Shown: positions 10,371-20,094 of the stretch, piece after piece
Layout: the number at the start of each line of letters is the position of its first letter
Position numbering within the stretch: the first letter of the stretch is position 1
From: Candidatus Buchananbacteria bacterium CG10_big_fil_rev_8_21_14_0_10_33_19
Lineage (GTDB): Bacteria > Patescibacteriota > Patescibacteriia > 2-01-FULL-39-33
Direction of reading: 5' to 3'
DNA length: 64,000 nt
NCBI GenBank assembly: GCA_002773855.1
Contig: PEZY01000012.1
Coordinates: 68,255-132,254 of the forward strand
Translations under genes and position numbers: made by a program
Notes under the pieces: model-generated
What the model saw: the letters and a program-made list of their open reading frames with translations, nothing else
Database searches by the model: none
What the model was told of the DNA's origin: nothing

Positions 10371-10436
10371 TTTTTATAGATGAACATACCATGGTGTGTT
10401 CATCTATAATTATTATCTTTGTTATCTTTCATATTA

Positions 10437-11062
10437 TTGTCATTGCGAGCAGATCCTTCGTTTCACTCAAGATAAACTCCACAATACTATATTTATATCA
10501 CTAAATCACATTGGTACTTTTTTAGAAAAAGTACCACAAAAATCGCGACAGTAAAAAATTTATAGTCGAAGCTAAAACTTCGTCCCGCTAATTTTCAAAA
10601 CTCGAAACTTTTTTATTTGTATTGGTGAACAAGTTTCTCAAACATTGAAAATTTTGGGCGTAGACGACGCCCAATCACTAGGACTCCCGTTTCATCTTCT
10701 CCTTAAATTTTTAAATTGTCGCAGATTTATGAAGATATTTATTTATAAAATATATAAATAAATTCTATCATATGAAAAATTAAGTAGAAAAACTATAATA
10801 AATTAAGCGATTGTGAGTTGTCTGAGAACAAATTTTCCGCATGCCTGTCTGCCGGTAGGCAGGTTTGAACCATTTTCGATATATCCAGATAAATGAAAAT
10901 GGTGAGTTCGGAAAATAGCGTAGAGTTATTATAGTTTTTCCTTAATTTTATCGTCGCTCGTAGTTTTTGGGTTACTTTTTGCTATCAAAAAGTGACGGGA
11001 AGAAAAAAAATGACGTTTGCGAGTTTTGCGGTACTTTTGCGGTCAAAAATGCCATAGAAATA
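10437..11062. repeat. Copy 1 of a structured intergenic repeat (conserved core about 10497..10737, plus a copy-specific internal segment)
   Basis: Near-identical core to 56775..57005 (cattggtacttttttagaaaaagtaccacaaaaatcgcgacagtaaaaaatttatagtcgaag...). Shared 5' end (attgtcatt-g/t-cga) and 3' end (acgtttgcgag-y-tttg...ggtac). No ORF over 60 aa. Confidence 0.6.
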
Positions 11063-11263
11063 TTGCTAAAGAAAATGAGATTCTCATGATGACAATAAAT
11101 TAAAAAACCTCTAAATTAACCCAAATTCGAACACTTCAACCCTAGTCTGAAGTGTTCAGTAAAAACCATAAAATTAAGCCAATTATCAGTTTTAGCTAAA
11201 AAACTTGATATATTCCCAGTTTTCCATTAGAATTAACCCATATCTTATAATTTTCCTAAAAAT

Positions 11264-11659
11264 ATGGAATCTATTCAAAAAGTGATCAATTTGATCAAAA
11301 AAACTGGGGATAAAGTCGTAATTTTAGACAAATCTGGTGATTTGGACTGCGTGATTATGAATATTAGTGATTATGAGAAATTAGTCTTCGGCAAGACCGA
11401 GGTTAAGGGCTTGACAGAAGACGAATTATTAGATAAAATAAATCGTGATATTGAAATCTGGAAAGACTCTCAGGAAAATGGACATTTGCCAATTGATCAA
11501 CATGATTTTTCGCAAGAATTAGACAAAAATAGTGAACCATTAATTGATTATAATTTTAATGAAATGCCGCCGGTGGCTAGTAATCAAGATTTTTCTCTAA
11601 ATTTAGATAATTCTGAAGAAGAAGACGAGGATCGCTATTACTTTGAACCAGTGGAATAA
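11264..11659 (+). CDS. Hypothetical acidic protein; N-terminal 45 aa faintly Phd/YefM-antitoxin-like
   Basis: MESIQKVINLIKKTGDKVVILDKSGDLDCVIMNISDYEKL resembles the Phd/YefM N-terminal fold pattern, followed by an acidic tail. No toxin partner is present. Weak call. Confidence 0.3.
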   Translation: MESIQKVINLIKKTGDKVVILDKSGDLDCVIMNISDYEKLVFGKTEVKGLTEDELLDKINRDIEIWKDSQENGHLPIDQHDFSQELDKNSEPLIDYNFNEMPPVASNQDFSLNLDNSEEEDEDRYYFEPVE

Positions 11660-11678
11660 CTGTAGATAATTAGACCCC

Positions 11679-11706
11679 TTGCAAAATTTATAGTTTTTGT
11701 TATAAT
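11679..11706 (+). promoter_or_regulatory. Putative sigma70-type promoter upstream of tuf (long leader)
   Basis: TTGCAA, 16-nt spacer, TATAAT, about 295 nt upstream of tuf. Confidence 0.3.
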
Positions 11707-12000
11707 AAGTAAACATTTTTGCTAAAAAGCAAAAAGTTTCGTTTTTAAACGATTTTTTAAATTTAAATAAATAAATAAGTGTTCGAGGCCTGGGTAAAAC
11801 TCCCAGTAACGGAACCATTGTTGAATGGTTTTTGATCATAGGTTTCCACAATTTTGAGGAAAATTTTATAAAAATTTTCGAAGCTTAATAAATTAAGTAG
11901 AGATAATTTAAGAAAATTTAACCAAAATTTGGAAGCTTTGGCAAAAGAATTATTCAACTATGGTTTCGATGGTGAGGGTCTCGAGAAGGAATAAACTACA

Positions 12001-13188
12001 ATGGCAGAAAATTTCGACAGAAGTAAGCCTCACGTAAATGTGGGCACAATCGGTCACGTTGACCATGGTAAGACTACTCTTACTGCGGCTATTTTGCAGG
12101 TGCTTAGCGCAAAAGGTTTAATTGCTCAAAACAAAACAGTTGACCAAATTGACGCTGCGCCAGAAGAAAGAGAAAGAGGTATTACTATTGCAACTGCTCA
12201 CGTTGAGTACCAAACAGAGAATAGACACTATGCTCATGTTGACTGTCCTGGTCACGCTGACTATATTAAGAACATGATCACTGGTGCTGCGCAAATGGAT
12301 GGTGCTATCTTGGTAGTTTCTGCTACAGACGGCCCAATGCCTCAGACCAAAGAACACATCTTGCTTTCAAATCAAGTTGGTGTTGGTCACATTGTGGTTT
12401 TCATTAACAAAGTAGATCAAGTTGATGATCCAGGATTAGTAGACCTAGTTGAAGAAGAAATCAGAGATCTATTAAAAAAATATGATTTTGATGGTGATAA
12501 CGTTCCTGTTATTAGAGGTTCAGCTTTGAAAGCTTTACAAAACCCAAGTGGTCCAGATGGCGAACCAATTATGAAATTAATGGAAGCTTTGGACACTTAT
12601 ATTCCACAACCAGAAAGAGCAGTTGATAAACCATTCTTGATGCCTATCGAAGATATTTTCTCTATCGAAGGTCGTGGTACTGTAGTAACTGGTAGAATTG
12701 AAAGAGGTATTGTTAAATTAAATGAAGAAGTTGAAATCGTTGGTCTAGCACCGACTCAAAAAACAGTTATTACTGGTATTGAAATGTTTAACAAGAATTT
12801 AGATGAAGGTAGAGCTGGTGATAATGCTGGTATTTTGTTAAGAGGTGTTAAGAAAGATGATGTTGAAAGAGGTCAAGTTTTAGCTAAGACTGGTTCTATT
12901 ACTCCTCATTCTGAGTTCGAAGCCGAAGTATATGTTTTGAGCAAAGATGAAGGTGGAAGACACAAGCCATTTTTCAAGGGTTATAAACCACAGTTCTACA
13001 TCAGAACTACTGATGTAACTGGTGAAATTGAATTACCAGAAGGTACTGAAATGGTTATGCCTGGTGATACTGTAAGCTTAAAGATTAAATTAGGCAAAGA
13101 AGTGGCTATGGAAGACAAAATGAAATTCGCTATTCGTGAAGGTGGTCACACTGTTGGCGCTGGATCTGTAACCAAGATTATCAAATAA
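12001..13188 (+). CDS. tuf: Elongation factor Tu
   Basis: [18 protein letters not shown] and NKVD motifs; 395 aa. Confidence 0.95.
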   Translation: MAENFDRSKPHVNVGTIGHVDHGKTTLTAAILQVLSAKGLIAQNKTVDQIDAAPEERERGITIATAHVEYQTENRHYAHVDCPGHADYIKNMITGAAQMDGAILVVSATDGPMPQTKEHILLSNQVGVGHIVVFINKVDQVDDPGLVDLVEEEIRDLLKKYDFDGDNVPVIRGSALKALQNPSGPDGEPIMKLMEALDTYIPQPERAVDKPFLMPIEDIFSIEGRGTVVTGRIERGIVKLNEEVEIVGLAPTQKTVITGIEMFNKNLDEGRAGDNAGILLRGVKKDDVERGQVLAKTGSITPHSEFEAEVYVLSKDEGGRHKPFFKGYKPQFYIRTTDVTGEIELPEGTEMVMPGDTVSLKIKLGKEVAMEDKMKFAIREGGHTVGAGSVTKIIK

Positions 13189-13270
13189 AACTATTTAGGT
13201 CAGGGGTTGAGGGCAGGCTCGCAAGAGCTTGCCACTCAGCATCCCGAAAATAGATTGAAATATAAAAAAC

Positions 13271-13615
13271 ATGGCAAGTACAAATAACGCAACCAAAGAA
13301 AACGATAAGACTCATCAAAGAATCAGGATCAAGATTAAAGCCTATGATCATAAGGTTATTGATAATTCTGCAAAGAAAATTATTGAGACTTGTGATAGAA
13401 ATGGCATTAAGGTTGCTGGCCCAGTACCACTGCCGACCGAAAAAAAGAAGTATACAGTTAATCGATCGACTTTCGTACATAAGGACAGCCGTGAACAATT
13501 CGAAATGAGAATCCATAAAAGATTATTGGATATCATCGATCCAGATGCTAAAACAGTAGATGCCTTGATGAACTTAAACCTTCCTGCGGGCGTGAACATT
13601 GAGATTAAAATGTAA
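13271..13615 (+). CDS. rpsJ: 30S ribosomal protein S10
   Basis: [14 protein letters not shown]...GPVPLPTE...RLLDIIDP. Confidence 0.9.
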   Translation: MASTNNATKENDKTHQRIRIKIKAYDHKVIDNSAKKIIETCDRNGIKVAGPVPLPTEKKKYTVNRSTFVHKDSREQFEMRIHKRLLDIIDPDAKTVDALMNLNLPAGVNIEIKM

Positions 13616-13924
13616 AAACGGTTTGTAGCTAGTAACTCGTAACTTGTAATTTTTAAGGGAAAGATTATAGCTTACGGTTTACTGGTTGCAAATTATAAAA
13701 ACTGACAGTCATTTTCATAAATGGAAAAAGATCCCGAGTATATTTAGATAGTAGCTTCTAGGGGAAAACCTCCATCGGTGTAATTTTGATTGACAAGGAA
13801 AATAATAATATCTTAGTAAAAATTAGATTAATTAGGCAGGCTTATCATAAGCCCTTGCTATTTTGTAATCTGGTGTGTTAAGATATTGCCAGGTTTTTTT
13901 ATTTAAAAGAAAAAAATTAAAGTA

Positions 13925-14722
13925 ATGAAATTCATATTAGGTAAAAAATTAGAAATGACTCAAATCTTCCAAGAAAATGGAAGAGTTGTTCCTGTAACTG
14001 CAGTTTTGGCTGAGCCTAATATTGTTACCCAGATAAAAACTGAAGCTAAAGATAAGTATAGTGCTGTTCAAGTTGGATTTGGTTTCAATAAGAATCTTAA
14101 AAAACCACAAGTTGGTCACCTAAAAGGTTTAACTTCTGTTAGGACTTTGAAAGAATTTAGAGTAAATTCTAGTGAAGTGGAAAAAGTTAAAACTGGTGAT
14201 CAAATTACTGTTGCTGTTTTTGCGGCTAATGATGAAGTTAGAGTAACCGGTACTTCTAAAGGCCGTGGTTACCAGGGTGTGGTTAAAAGACATGGTTTTC
14301 ATGGTAGTCCAGCTTCTCATGGTCATAAAGATCAATTGAGAAAAGGTGGTTCTATTGGTGCTACTGATCCAGCAAGAGTATTTAAAGGTAAGAAAATGGC
14401 TGGTCGTATGGGTAATGATCAAATTAGTATTTCTGGTTTGAGTATAGTTGATATTGATAAAGAAAAAAATATTTTATATATTAAGGGCGCTGTGCCGGGA
14501 GCTAGAAATAGCTTATTGGTTATTAGTGGTCCTGGTGAAATGGATTTAACTGTAGCTAAACCAGAAATAAAAACAGAAGTTGTTGCAGAAAAAGTAGAAA
14601 GCACAGCTGTTGAGTCAGAAATTGTGGACACTAAAGTTGAAGAGACACCTGCTGTAGAAACTACAGAAGCTAAACCAGAAGTAGCTGAAGTTGTAGAAAC
14701 TAAAACTGAAGAAAATAAATAA
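13925..14722 (+). CDS. rplC: 50S ribosomal protein L3 with about 55-aa acidic/repetitive C-terminal extension
   Basis: VTGTSKGRGYQGVVKRHGFHG core, then a tail (VAEKVESTAVESEIVDTKVEETPAVETTEAKPEVAEVVETKTEENK). Confidence 0.9.
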   Translation: MKFILGKKLEMTQIFQENGRVVPVTAVLAEPNIVTQIKTEAKDKYSAVQVGFGFNKNLKKPQVGHLKGLTSVRTLKEFRVNSSEVEKVKTGDQITVAVFAANDEVRVTGTSKGRGYQGVVKRHGFHGSPASHGHKDQLRKGGSIGATDPARVFKGKKMAGRMGNDQISISGLSIVDIDKEKNILYIKGAVPGARNSLLVISGPGEMDLTVAKPEIKTEVVAEKVESTAVESEIVDTKVEETPAVETTEAKPEVAEVVETKTEENK

Positions 14723-14723
14723 T

Positions 14724-15431
14724 ATGAAGATATCAGTTTACAATTCAAGTGTTGAAAAGTCTAAAGACATTGAAATCAGTCAACGAATTTTTGGGGTTAA
14801 ACCAAAGACCGAGGTGATTCATCAAGTAGTTATCGCTCAACAAGCTAATGCTAGACAAGTTTTAGCTGATACCAAGGATAAAAGTGAAGTTCGTGGTGGT
14901 GGTAAAAAGCCATGGCGACAAAAAGGTACTGGTCGGGCTAGACACGGATCTATTCGTTCTCCATTGTGGAGAGGTGGTGGTGTCACTTTTGGTCCAACTA
15001 AGAATCGAAACTTTAGCAAAGGTATTAATAAAAAGCAGAGACAATTAGCCATGGCGATGTGCTTATCTAATAAGGTTTCTGAAAATTCATTCTTGGTTTT
15101 TGAAAACATTGAATTAGCTAGTGGTAAGACTAAAGATTTGAAGGATTGGATTGCTACTATTAAATCAAAAGTTGCTGATGTTAAAGATAATAAAAAGTTT
15201 TTATTAGTACTTGATAAAAGTGATGATAAGATAAATAGAGCGGTTAATAATTTAGATAAAGTTGATGTTATTTTGGCGGATAGTTTAAATTGTGTTGACA
15301 TTCTAAACCACGATACTATGCTAGCTTCTGAGAAAGCAGTTATCAAAATCGACCAACATTATAAACAGGTTAGTATAAAAAGAAGTCAGGCTACTGTAGC
15401 AAAAGAAAAAGCAGTTAAAGCTAAAAAATAA
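14724..15431 (+). CDS. rplD: 50S ribosomal protein L4
   Basis: RGGGKKPWRQKGTGRARHGS motif; start overlaps the rplC stop. Confidence 0.9.
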   Translation: MKISVYNSSVEKSKDIEISQRIFGVKPKTEVIHQVVIAQQANARQVLADTKDKSEVRGGGKKPWRQKGTGRARHGSIRSPLWRGGGVTFGPTKNRNFSKGINKKQRQLAMAMCLSNKVSENSFLVFENIELASGKTKDLKDWIATIKSKVADVKDNKKFLLVLDKSDDKINRAVNNLDKVDVILADSLNCVDILNHDTMLASEKAVIKIDQHYKQVSIKRSQATVAKEKAVKAKK

Positions 15432-15454
15432 AATACATATTTAGATAGAAAGTT

Positions 15455-15895
15455 ATGAGCATTTTCGATAAATTTACAAAGAAAACTGATGATCAGTCTG
15501 CAATCGCAGAGGAAGTGGTTTCTAAGCCAGAAACTGCTAAGGTTGATATTGCTAAAAAAGATGCTGATAATAAGAAAGAAGTTAAAAATGATGTTACAGT
15601 TAAAATTGTTAAAAAGACTTATGGTATTTTAGTTAAGCCACTTATTACCGAAAAGGCAGCTAATTTGGCTCAACTTAATCAATATGTATTTGCAGTAGCT
15701 AATAAGGCTAACAAAATTCAGATTTCTCAGGCTATTGAAGCTAGATATGGTATTAAACCAGTTAGCGTTAATGTATTAAATAATTCAGGTAAAACTGTAA
15801 GGCGTGGTCGAGATACTGGTCGAACTAAAGATTGGCGCAAGGCTATCGTTACTTTACCTGCTGGTAAAACTATTCAGATTCACGAAGGAGTATAA
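15455..15895 (+). CDS. rplW: 50S ribosomal protein L23 with about 50-aa N-terminal extension
   Basis: L23 core (ILVKPLITEKA...YVFAV...NKIQISQAIEARYG) preceded by a lysine/acidic extension. Confidence 0.85.
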   Translation: MSIFDKFTKKTDDQSAIAEEVVSKPETAKVDIAKKDADNKKEVKNDVTVKIVKKTYGILVKPLITEKAANLAQLNQYVFAVANKANKIQISQAIEARYGIKPVSVNVLNNSGKTVRRGRDTGRTKDWRKAIVTLPAGKTIQIHEGV

Positions 15896-15906
15896 ATTAA
15901 AAAAAT

Positions 15907-16758
15907 ATGGCAATAAAAGTCTACAAACCAACTACCCCAGCTAGACGTCACACTTCTGTATTAATGAGTGACGACGTTACCACCAGCAAACCTCATAAGA
16001 GGTTGATTGTTTCTGGTAAAAATATGGCTGGTCGTAATAACCAAGGCAAGATTACTGTTAGACATCAAGGTGGTGGTAGCAGAAAGAAAGTTAGAGTTAT
16101 TGATTATAAAAGAGACAAGTTTGATATTCCAGCAACTGTAGCTACTATTGAATATGATCCAAATCGAAATTCTAGAATTGCTTTACTTAATTATGCTGAT
16201 GGTGAAAAAAGATATATTATTGCTCCAGTTGATTTAAAAGTTGGTGATAAAATACTTAGCTCTCAGAAGTTGATTGAATTAAAAGTTGGTAATACTATGC
16301 CTCTTGAGGTTGTGCCTCCTGGTATGTTTGTATATAATGTGGAGATGACCCCAGGCAAAGGCGGCCAATTAGCTAGAAGTGCTGGTAATAATATTTCTTT
16401 GATGGGTATTGATAGCGGCAACGCTCAGCTTAAAATGCCTTCTGGTGAAGTAAGACTGGTATCAGAAAAATGTTTGGCCACCATTGGTTCGGTCAGCAAT
16501 CCAGATTTTAAAAATATTAGATGGGGCAAGGCTGGTAGATTAAGAAGAAAAGGTGTTAGACCCACTGTTCGTGGTAAAGCCATGAATCCAGTAGATCATC
16601 CTCATGGTGGTGGTGAAGGTAGTAACCCAATTGGTTTGAAAAATCCAAAGACTCCATGGGGTAAGCCAGCATTAGGTGTTAAAACCAGAAAACATGGAAA
16701 GAAATCAGACGATTTGATTATTTCCAGAAGAAATACTAAAAAGAGAAAGAAAAAATAA
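15907..16758 (+). CDS. rplB: 50S ribosomal protein L2
   Basis: Canonical L2 (HPHGGGEG, GRNNQG). Confidence 0.95.
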   Translation: MAIKVYKPTTPARRHTSVLMSDDVTTSKPHKRLIVSGKNMAGRNNQGKITVRHQGGGSRKKVRVIDYKRDKFDIPATVATIEYDPNRNSRIALLNYADGEKRYIIAPVDLKVGDKILSSQKLIELKVGNTMPLEVVPPGMFVYNVEMTPGKGGQLARSAGNNISLMGIDSGNAQLKMPSGEVRLVSEKCLATIGSVSNPDFKNIRWGKAGRLRRKGVRPTVRGKAMNPVDHPHGGGEGSNPIGLKNPKTPWGKPALGVKTRKHGKKSDDLIISRRNTKKRKKK

Positions 16759-16764
16759 AAAATT

Positions 16765-17055
16765 ATGTCCAGAAGTTTAAAAAAAGGTCCTTACGTTGAT
16801 CCAAAATTATTGAAGAAAATGGCCAAAATCCAAAAAGGAGAAAAGGTTGTGATCAAGACTTGGTCTAGAAAATGTTCTATTACTCCAGAAATGGTTGGGT
16901 TTACTTTTGGTGTTCATAATGGCAAAGATCATATTCCAGTGTTAGTTGTAGAAAATATGGTTGGACATAAATTAGGTGAATTTTCACCGACTAAGAAATT
17001 TATCAAACATGGTGGTAAAATTCAGAAAACCTTAGAAGCTGGTAAAAAGAAATAA
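16765..17055 (+). CDS. rpsS: 30S ribosomal protein S19
   Basis: [12 protein letters not shown]...[10 protein letters not shown]. Confidence 0.95.
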   Translation: MSRSLKKGPYVDPKLLKKMAKIQKGEKVVIKTWSRKCSITPEMVGFTFGVHNGKDHIPVLVVENMVGHKLGEFSPTKKFIKHGGKIQKTLEAGKKK

Positions 17056-17076
17056 GTAAAAAAGAAATAAAATAAT

Positions 17077-17592
17077 ATGGAAGTTAGAGCTAAAGCAAAA
17101 TTTATAAGAATTTCTCCAAAGAAAGTTAGATTACTGGCTGATTTAGTCCGTGGTTTAGACGTGGAAGAAGCTTTGGTTCAATTACAATTTAATAAAAAAG
17201 GTGCGTCACTACCGGTAGCTAAATTAGTAAAATCTGCAGTAGCTAATGCTGAAGAAAATGAAGATTTAAAAAGAAACAATCTTTTTGTAAAAGAAATTAG
17301 CGTAGATGGTGGCCCAAGTTTAAAACGTTGGATGCCAAAAGCGATGGGTAGAGCAACACCTTTAATTAAAAGATCTTCTCATATTACTGTAGTTTTATCA
17401 GAAAAAGTACCAACTACTAAGAAAGAAAAGAAAGAAGTTTCTAAGGATGATATTATCAATATTGAAGATTTAGGCAAGATTGGTCATGATGACAAAAAAG
17501 AAGATAAGAAGTCAGATTCTGGTAGTAAAAAAAGTGGCAGCACAAGTAAAAAAGTAACTAATAAAATTTTTAATAGAAGAACTGGTAGCTAA
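17077..17592 (+). CDS. rplV: 50S ribosomal protein L22 with C-terminal Lys/Ser-rich extension
   Basis: MEVRAKAKFIRISPKKVRLLADLVRG core. Confidence 0.9.
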   Translation: MEVRAKAKFIRISPKKVRLLADLVRGLDVEEALVQLQFNKKGASLPVAKLVKSAVANAEENEDLKRNNLFVKEISVDGGPSLKRWMPKAMGRATPLIKRSSHITVVLSEKVPTTKKEKKEVSKDDIINIEDLGKIGHDDKKEDKKSDSGSKKSGSTSKKVTNKIFNRRTGS

Positions 17593-17682
17593 TAAATAAG
17601 CAAGTAGTGAGTAGTGAGTAGTGAATAAAAGTAAAATATTTTTATTAACCACTCACTACCGACTACAAACTAATATATAGAT
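17593..17682 (+). repeat. Bipartite intergenic element, instance b
   Basis: taataaataagcaagtagtgagtagtgagtagtg aataaaagtaaaatatttttattaa ccactcactaccgactacaaactaatatatagatATG; gtagtgagtg / cactcactac arms can pair. Confidence 0.5.
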
Positions 17683-18393
17683 ATGGGACAAAAAGTTCAT
17701 CCAAAAGCATTTAGATTAAAAATCAATAAGACTTGGGATTCCAAGTGGTTTTCTGATCGAGATTTTCCAAAACTTTTGGAACATGATATAAAAATTAGAA
17801 GATTTATTGTTAAGAAATTTAAACCAGCTGGTGTTTCTAAGGTAGATATCGAAAGATCAAATAATGGCATTAGTATTAATGTTCGTTGTGCTAAGCCCGG
17901 TATTGTTATCGGTCGAGGCGGTCAAGGCGCTGAAGACTTGAAAAAGGAAATTCATAACAAATTTATGAAAGATGCTTTTTCTCGTAAGAAGGGTCTAAAG
18001 AGTATTAATATTAATATCATTGAAGTTGAAAATCCTAGTTTGGATTCCGCAGTTATCGCTCAACAGGTTATTGCTGATTTGGAAAAAAGAATTCCATTTA
18101 GACGAGCAGTTAAGCAGGCTATGAGTAGATCCGAAAAGGCTGGTGCTCAAGGTATTAAGGTTATTGTTTCTGGAAGATTAAATGGTGCAGAAATTGCTAG
18201 AAAAGAAACTTTTTCCAGCGGTAAAGTACCTCTTCACACCTTGCGGGCTGATATTGATTATAGTCGTGATGCGGCTATGACTATCTATGGAAAAATCGGC
18301 GTTAAGGTTTGGATTTATCGTGGTGAAGTGTTTAATTATGATACTAATCCAGAACCAGTTAGTAAGCCAGAAGTGGCTAAGAGATTAAAATAA
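17683..18393 (+). CDS. rpsC: 30S ribosomal protein S3
   Basis: MGQKVHPKAFRLKINKTWDSKWF; KH and S3-C domains. Confidence 0.95.
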   Translation: MGQKVHPKAFRLKINKTWDSKWFSDRDFPKLLEHDIKIRRFIVKKFKPAGVSKVDIERSNNGISINVRCAKPGIVIGRGGQGAEDLKKEIHNKFMKDAFSRKKGLKSININIIEVENPSLDSAVIAQQVIADLEKRIPFRRAVKQAMSRSEKAGAQGIKVIVSGRLNGAEIARKETFSSGKVPLHTLRADIDYSRDAAMTIYGKIGVKVWIYRGEVFNYDTNPEPVSKPEVAKRLK

Positions 18394-18402
18394 AGAAAAG
18401 TT

Positions 18403-18813
18403 ATGACTTTAGCACCAAAGAAATTAAAAATGAGAAAACCACATCGTCCAGATGTTAGAGGTGTTGCCGGCCGCAATAATGCTATTGCTTTTGGTAAGTT
18501 TGGCCTTAAAGCAACAACCGGTGGTTGGGTTAGTGCTGCTCAAATTGAAGCTTCTAGAAGAGTTATTACTAAATTTCTTAAACGTGGTGGTAAGATTTGG
18601 ATTAGAATTTTTCCACATAGACCAATTACTGAAAAAGGTACTCAAGCAACTATGGGTGGTGGTAAGGGTGCACCTGGTTATTATGTAGCAGTGGTTAAGC
18701 CAGGAACTATGATTTTTGAAATCGAAGGTATTAGTGAGGCAGATGCTAGACAAGCTATGAAATTAACTAGTTATAAATTACCAGTTAAAACAACATTTAT
18801 AGTCAAGGATTAA
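18403..18813 (+). CDS. rplP: 50S ribosomal protein L16
   Basis: Canonical L16 (RGVAGRNN...FPHRPITEKG...MGGGKG). Confidence 0.95.
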   Translation: MTLAPKKLKMRKPHRPDVRGVAGRNNAIAFGKFGLKATTGGWVSAAQIEASRRVITKFLKRGGKIWIRIFPHRPITEKGTQATMGGGKGAPGYYVAVVKPGTMIFEIEGISEADARQAMKLTSYKLPVKTTFIVKD

Positions 18814-18817
18814 TAAT

Positions 18818-19012
18818 ATGGATATTAAAGAAATTAAAAATAAACCAGCTTCTGAATTACACCATTTACTTGATGAGCTTAGAAAGAAATTGGATGAATT
18901 AAACTTCAAGGTTTCTCAAAATCAAGTAAAGAATATTAGAGAAATCAGAGTAATTAAGAAAGATATCGCCAAAGTAATGACTGTTTTAGGCGAAAATAAA
19001 AAAGTAAAATAA
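18818..19012 (+). CDS. rpmC: 50S ribosomal protein L29
   Basis: Position and sequence (ELHHLLDELRKKLDELNFK). Confidence 0.85.
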   Translation: MDIKEIKNKPASELHHLLDELRKKLDELNFKVSQNQVKNIREIRVIKKDIAKVMTVLGENKKVK

Positions 19013-19034
19013 TACATCACAATAACTGACTTAT

Positions 19035-19289
19035 ATGGATAATGAAAAGAAGACAATTAAAAGAAAGCTTAAGGGCGAGGTAGTTTCTAATAAAATGGAA
19101 AAGACTGTCGTGGTTAAGGTTGATCGATTTAAGCTTCATCCAACATATCAAAAAAGATATAGAGTTAGTAAAAAGTATAAAGCTCATGATCCTAAAAATC
19201 AATGTAAAGTTGGTGATACAGTAGAAATTATTGAATCAAAGCCAATCAGCAAGGATAAAAGATGGAAAGTGGTTTATCAGAATAATTAA
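19035..19289 (+). CDS. rpsQ: 30S ribosomal protein S17
   Basis: [18 protein letters not shown]...[18 protein letters not shown]. Confidence 0.9.
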   Translation: MDNEKKTIKRKLKGEVVSNKMEKTVVVKVDRFKLHPTYQKRYRVSKKYKAHDPKNQCKVGDTVEIIESKPISKDKRWKVVYQNN

Positions 19290-19379
19290 ATAATCTAAGT
19301 TTGGTAGTAAGTAGGGTACAGAATATTTCTAAGGTTGAATTAAGCTGTAATCTGCCTACTACAAACTAATATAAAATAT
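19290..19379 (+). repeat. Bipartite intergenic element, instance c
   Basis: taaataatctaagtttggtagtaagtagggtacag...ctgtaatctgcctactacaaactaatataaaatatATG. Confidence 0.5.
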
Positions 19380-19751
19380 ATGGTTCAATCAGAATCAATG
19401 CTAAAATCAGCAGACAACACCGGTGCCAAGAAATTAAAGGTTATCACTGTTTTAGGTGGCTACAAAAAAAGATATGCTAGCCTAGGTGATGTAGTAACTG
19501 CAACTGTTAAAGAGGCAGCACCTCACAGTATGGTTAAAAAGAGTGATGTTGTGCATGCTGTTATAGTTAGAACTAAAAAAGAAGTTAGAAGACCTGATGG
19601 TTCTTATATTAGATTTGATGATAACGCGGTAGTGATTATTGATATGAAGAATAAAGATATGAAAGGGACTCGAGTATTTGGTCCAGTAGCTAGAGAATTA
19701 AGAAATTTAGGTTATCAGAAAATTATTAGTTTAGCACCAGAAGTATTATAA
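19380..19751 (+). CDS. rplN: 50S ribosomal protein L14
   Basis: [18 protein letters not shown]...; canonical. Confidence 0.95.
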   Translation: MVQSESMLKSADNTGAKKLKVITVLGGYKKRYASLGDVVTATVKEAAPHSMVKKSDVVHAVIVRTKKEVRRPDGSYIRFDDNAVVIIDMKNKDMKGTRVFGPVARELRNLGYQKIISLAPEVL

Positions 19752-19763
19752 AACAATAAATTT

Positions 19764-20087
19764 ATGAAAATAAAAACAGGCGACAAAGTAAAAATGATGT
19801 CCGGTAAGGACAAGGGCAAAATCGGTAAAGTTTTGCAGGTTTTTATAAATGAAGATAGAGTTGTAGTGGAAGGTCTTAATTTGATGATTAAACACCAAAA
19901 AGCTAAAAAGCAAGGTGAAAAAGGTCAACGAATTCAGTTTCCATCACCTGTTAATGCTTCTAATGTAGCTTTAATTTGTCCTAAGTGTGGTAAAGATACT
20001 AGAATCGGATCAGAGAGAATTGTATCTGCCGATAAATCTAAGACTATTAAGAATAGAGTTTGTAAAAAGTGTAAAGAAGTTATATAA
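19764..20087 (+). CDS. rplX: 50S ribosomal protein L24 (C-terminal C-x2-C...C-x2-C pattern)
   Basis: MKIKTGDKVKMMSGKDKGKIGKVLQV KOW motif; C-terminus has CPKCG...CKKC, a possible zinc-binding variant. Confidence 0.9.
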   Translation: MKIKTGDKVKMMSGKDKGKIGKVLQVFINEDRVVVEGLNLMIKHQKAKKQGEKGQRIQFPSPVNASNVALICPKCGKDTRIGSERIVSADKSKTIKNRVCKKCKEVI

Positions 20088-20094
20088 AATATTT

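Noticed and set aside
10380-11263. Protein-coding potential of the fusA-tuf gap repeat region (and of 56690..57195)
   Set aside because: No ORF over 60 aa on either strand. The sequence is dominated by hairpins conserved between the two copies at nucleotide rather than codon level.
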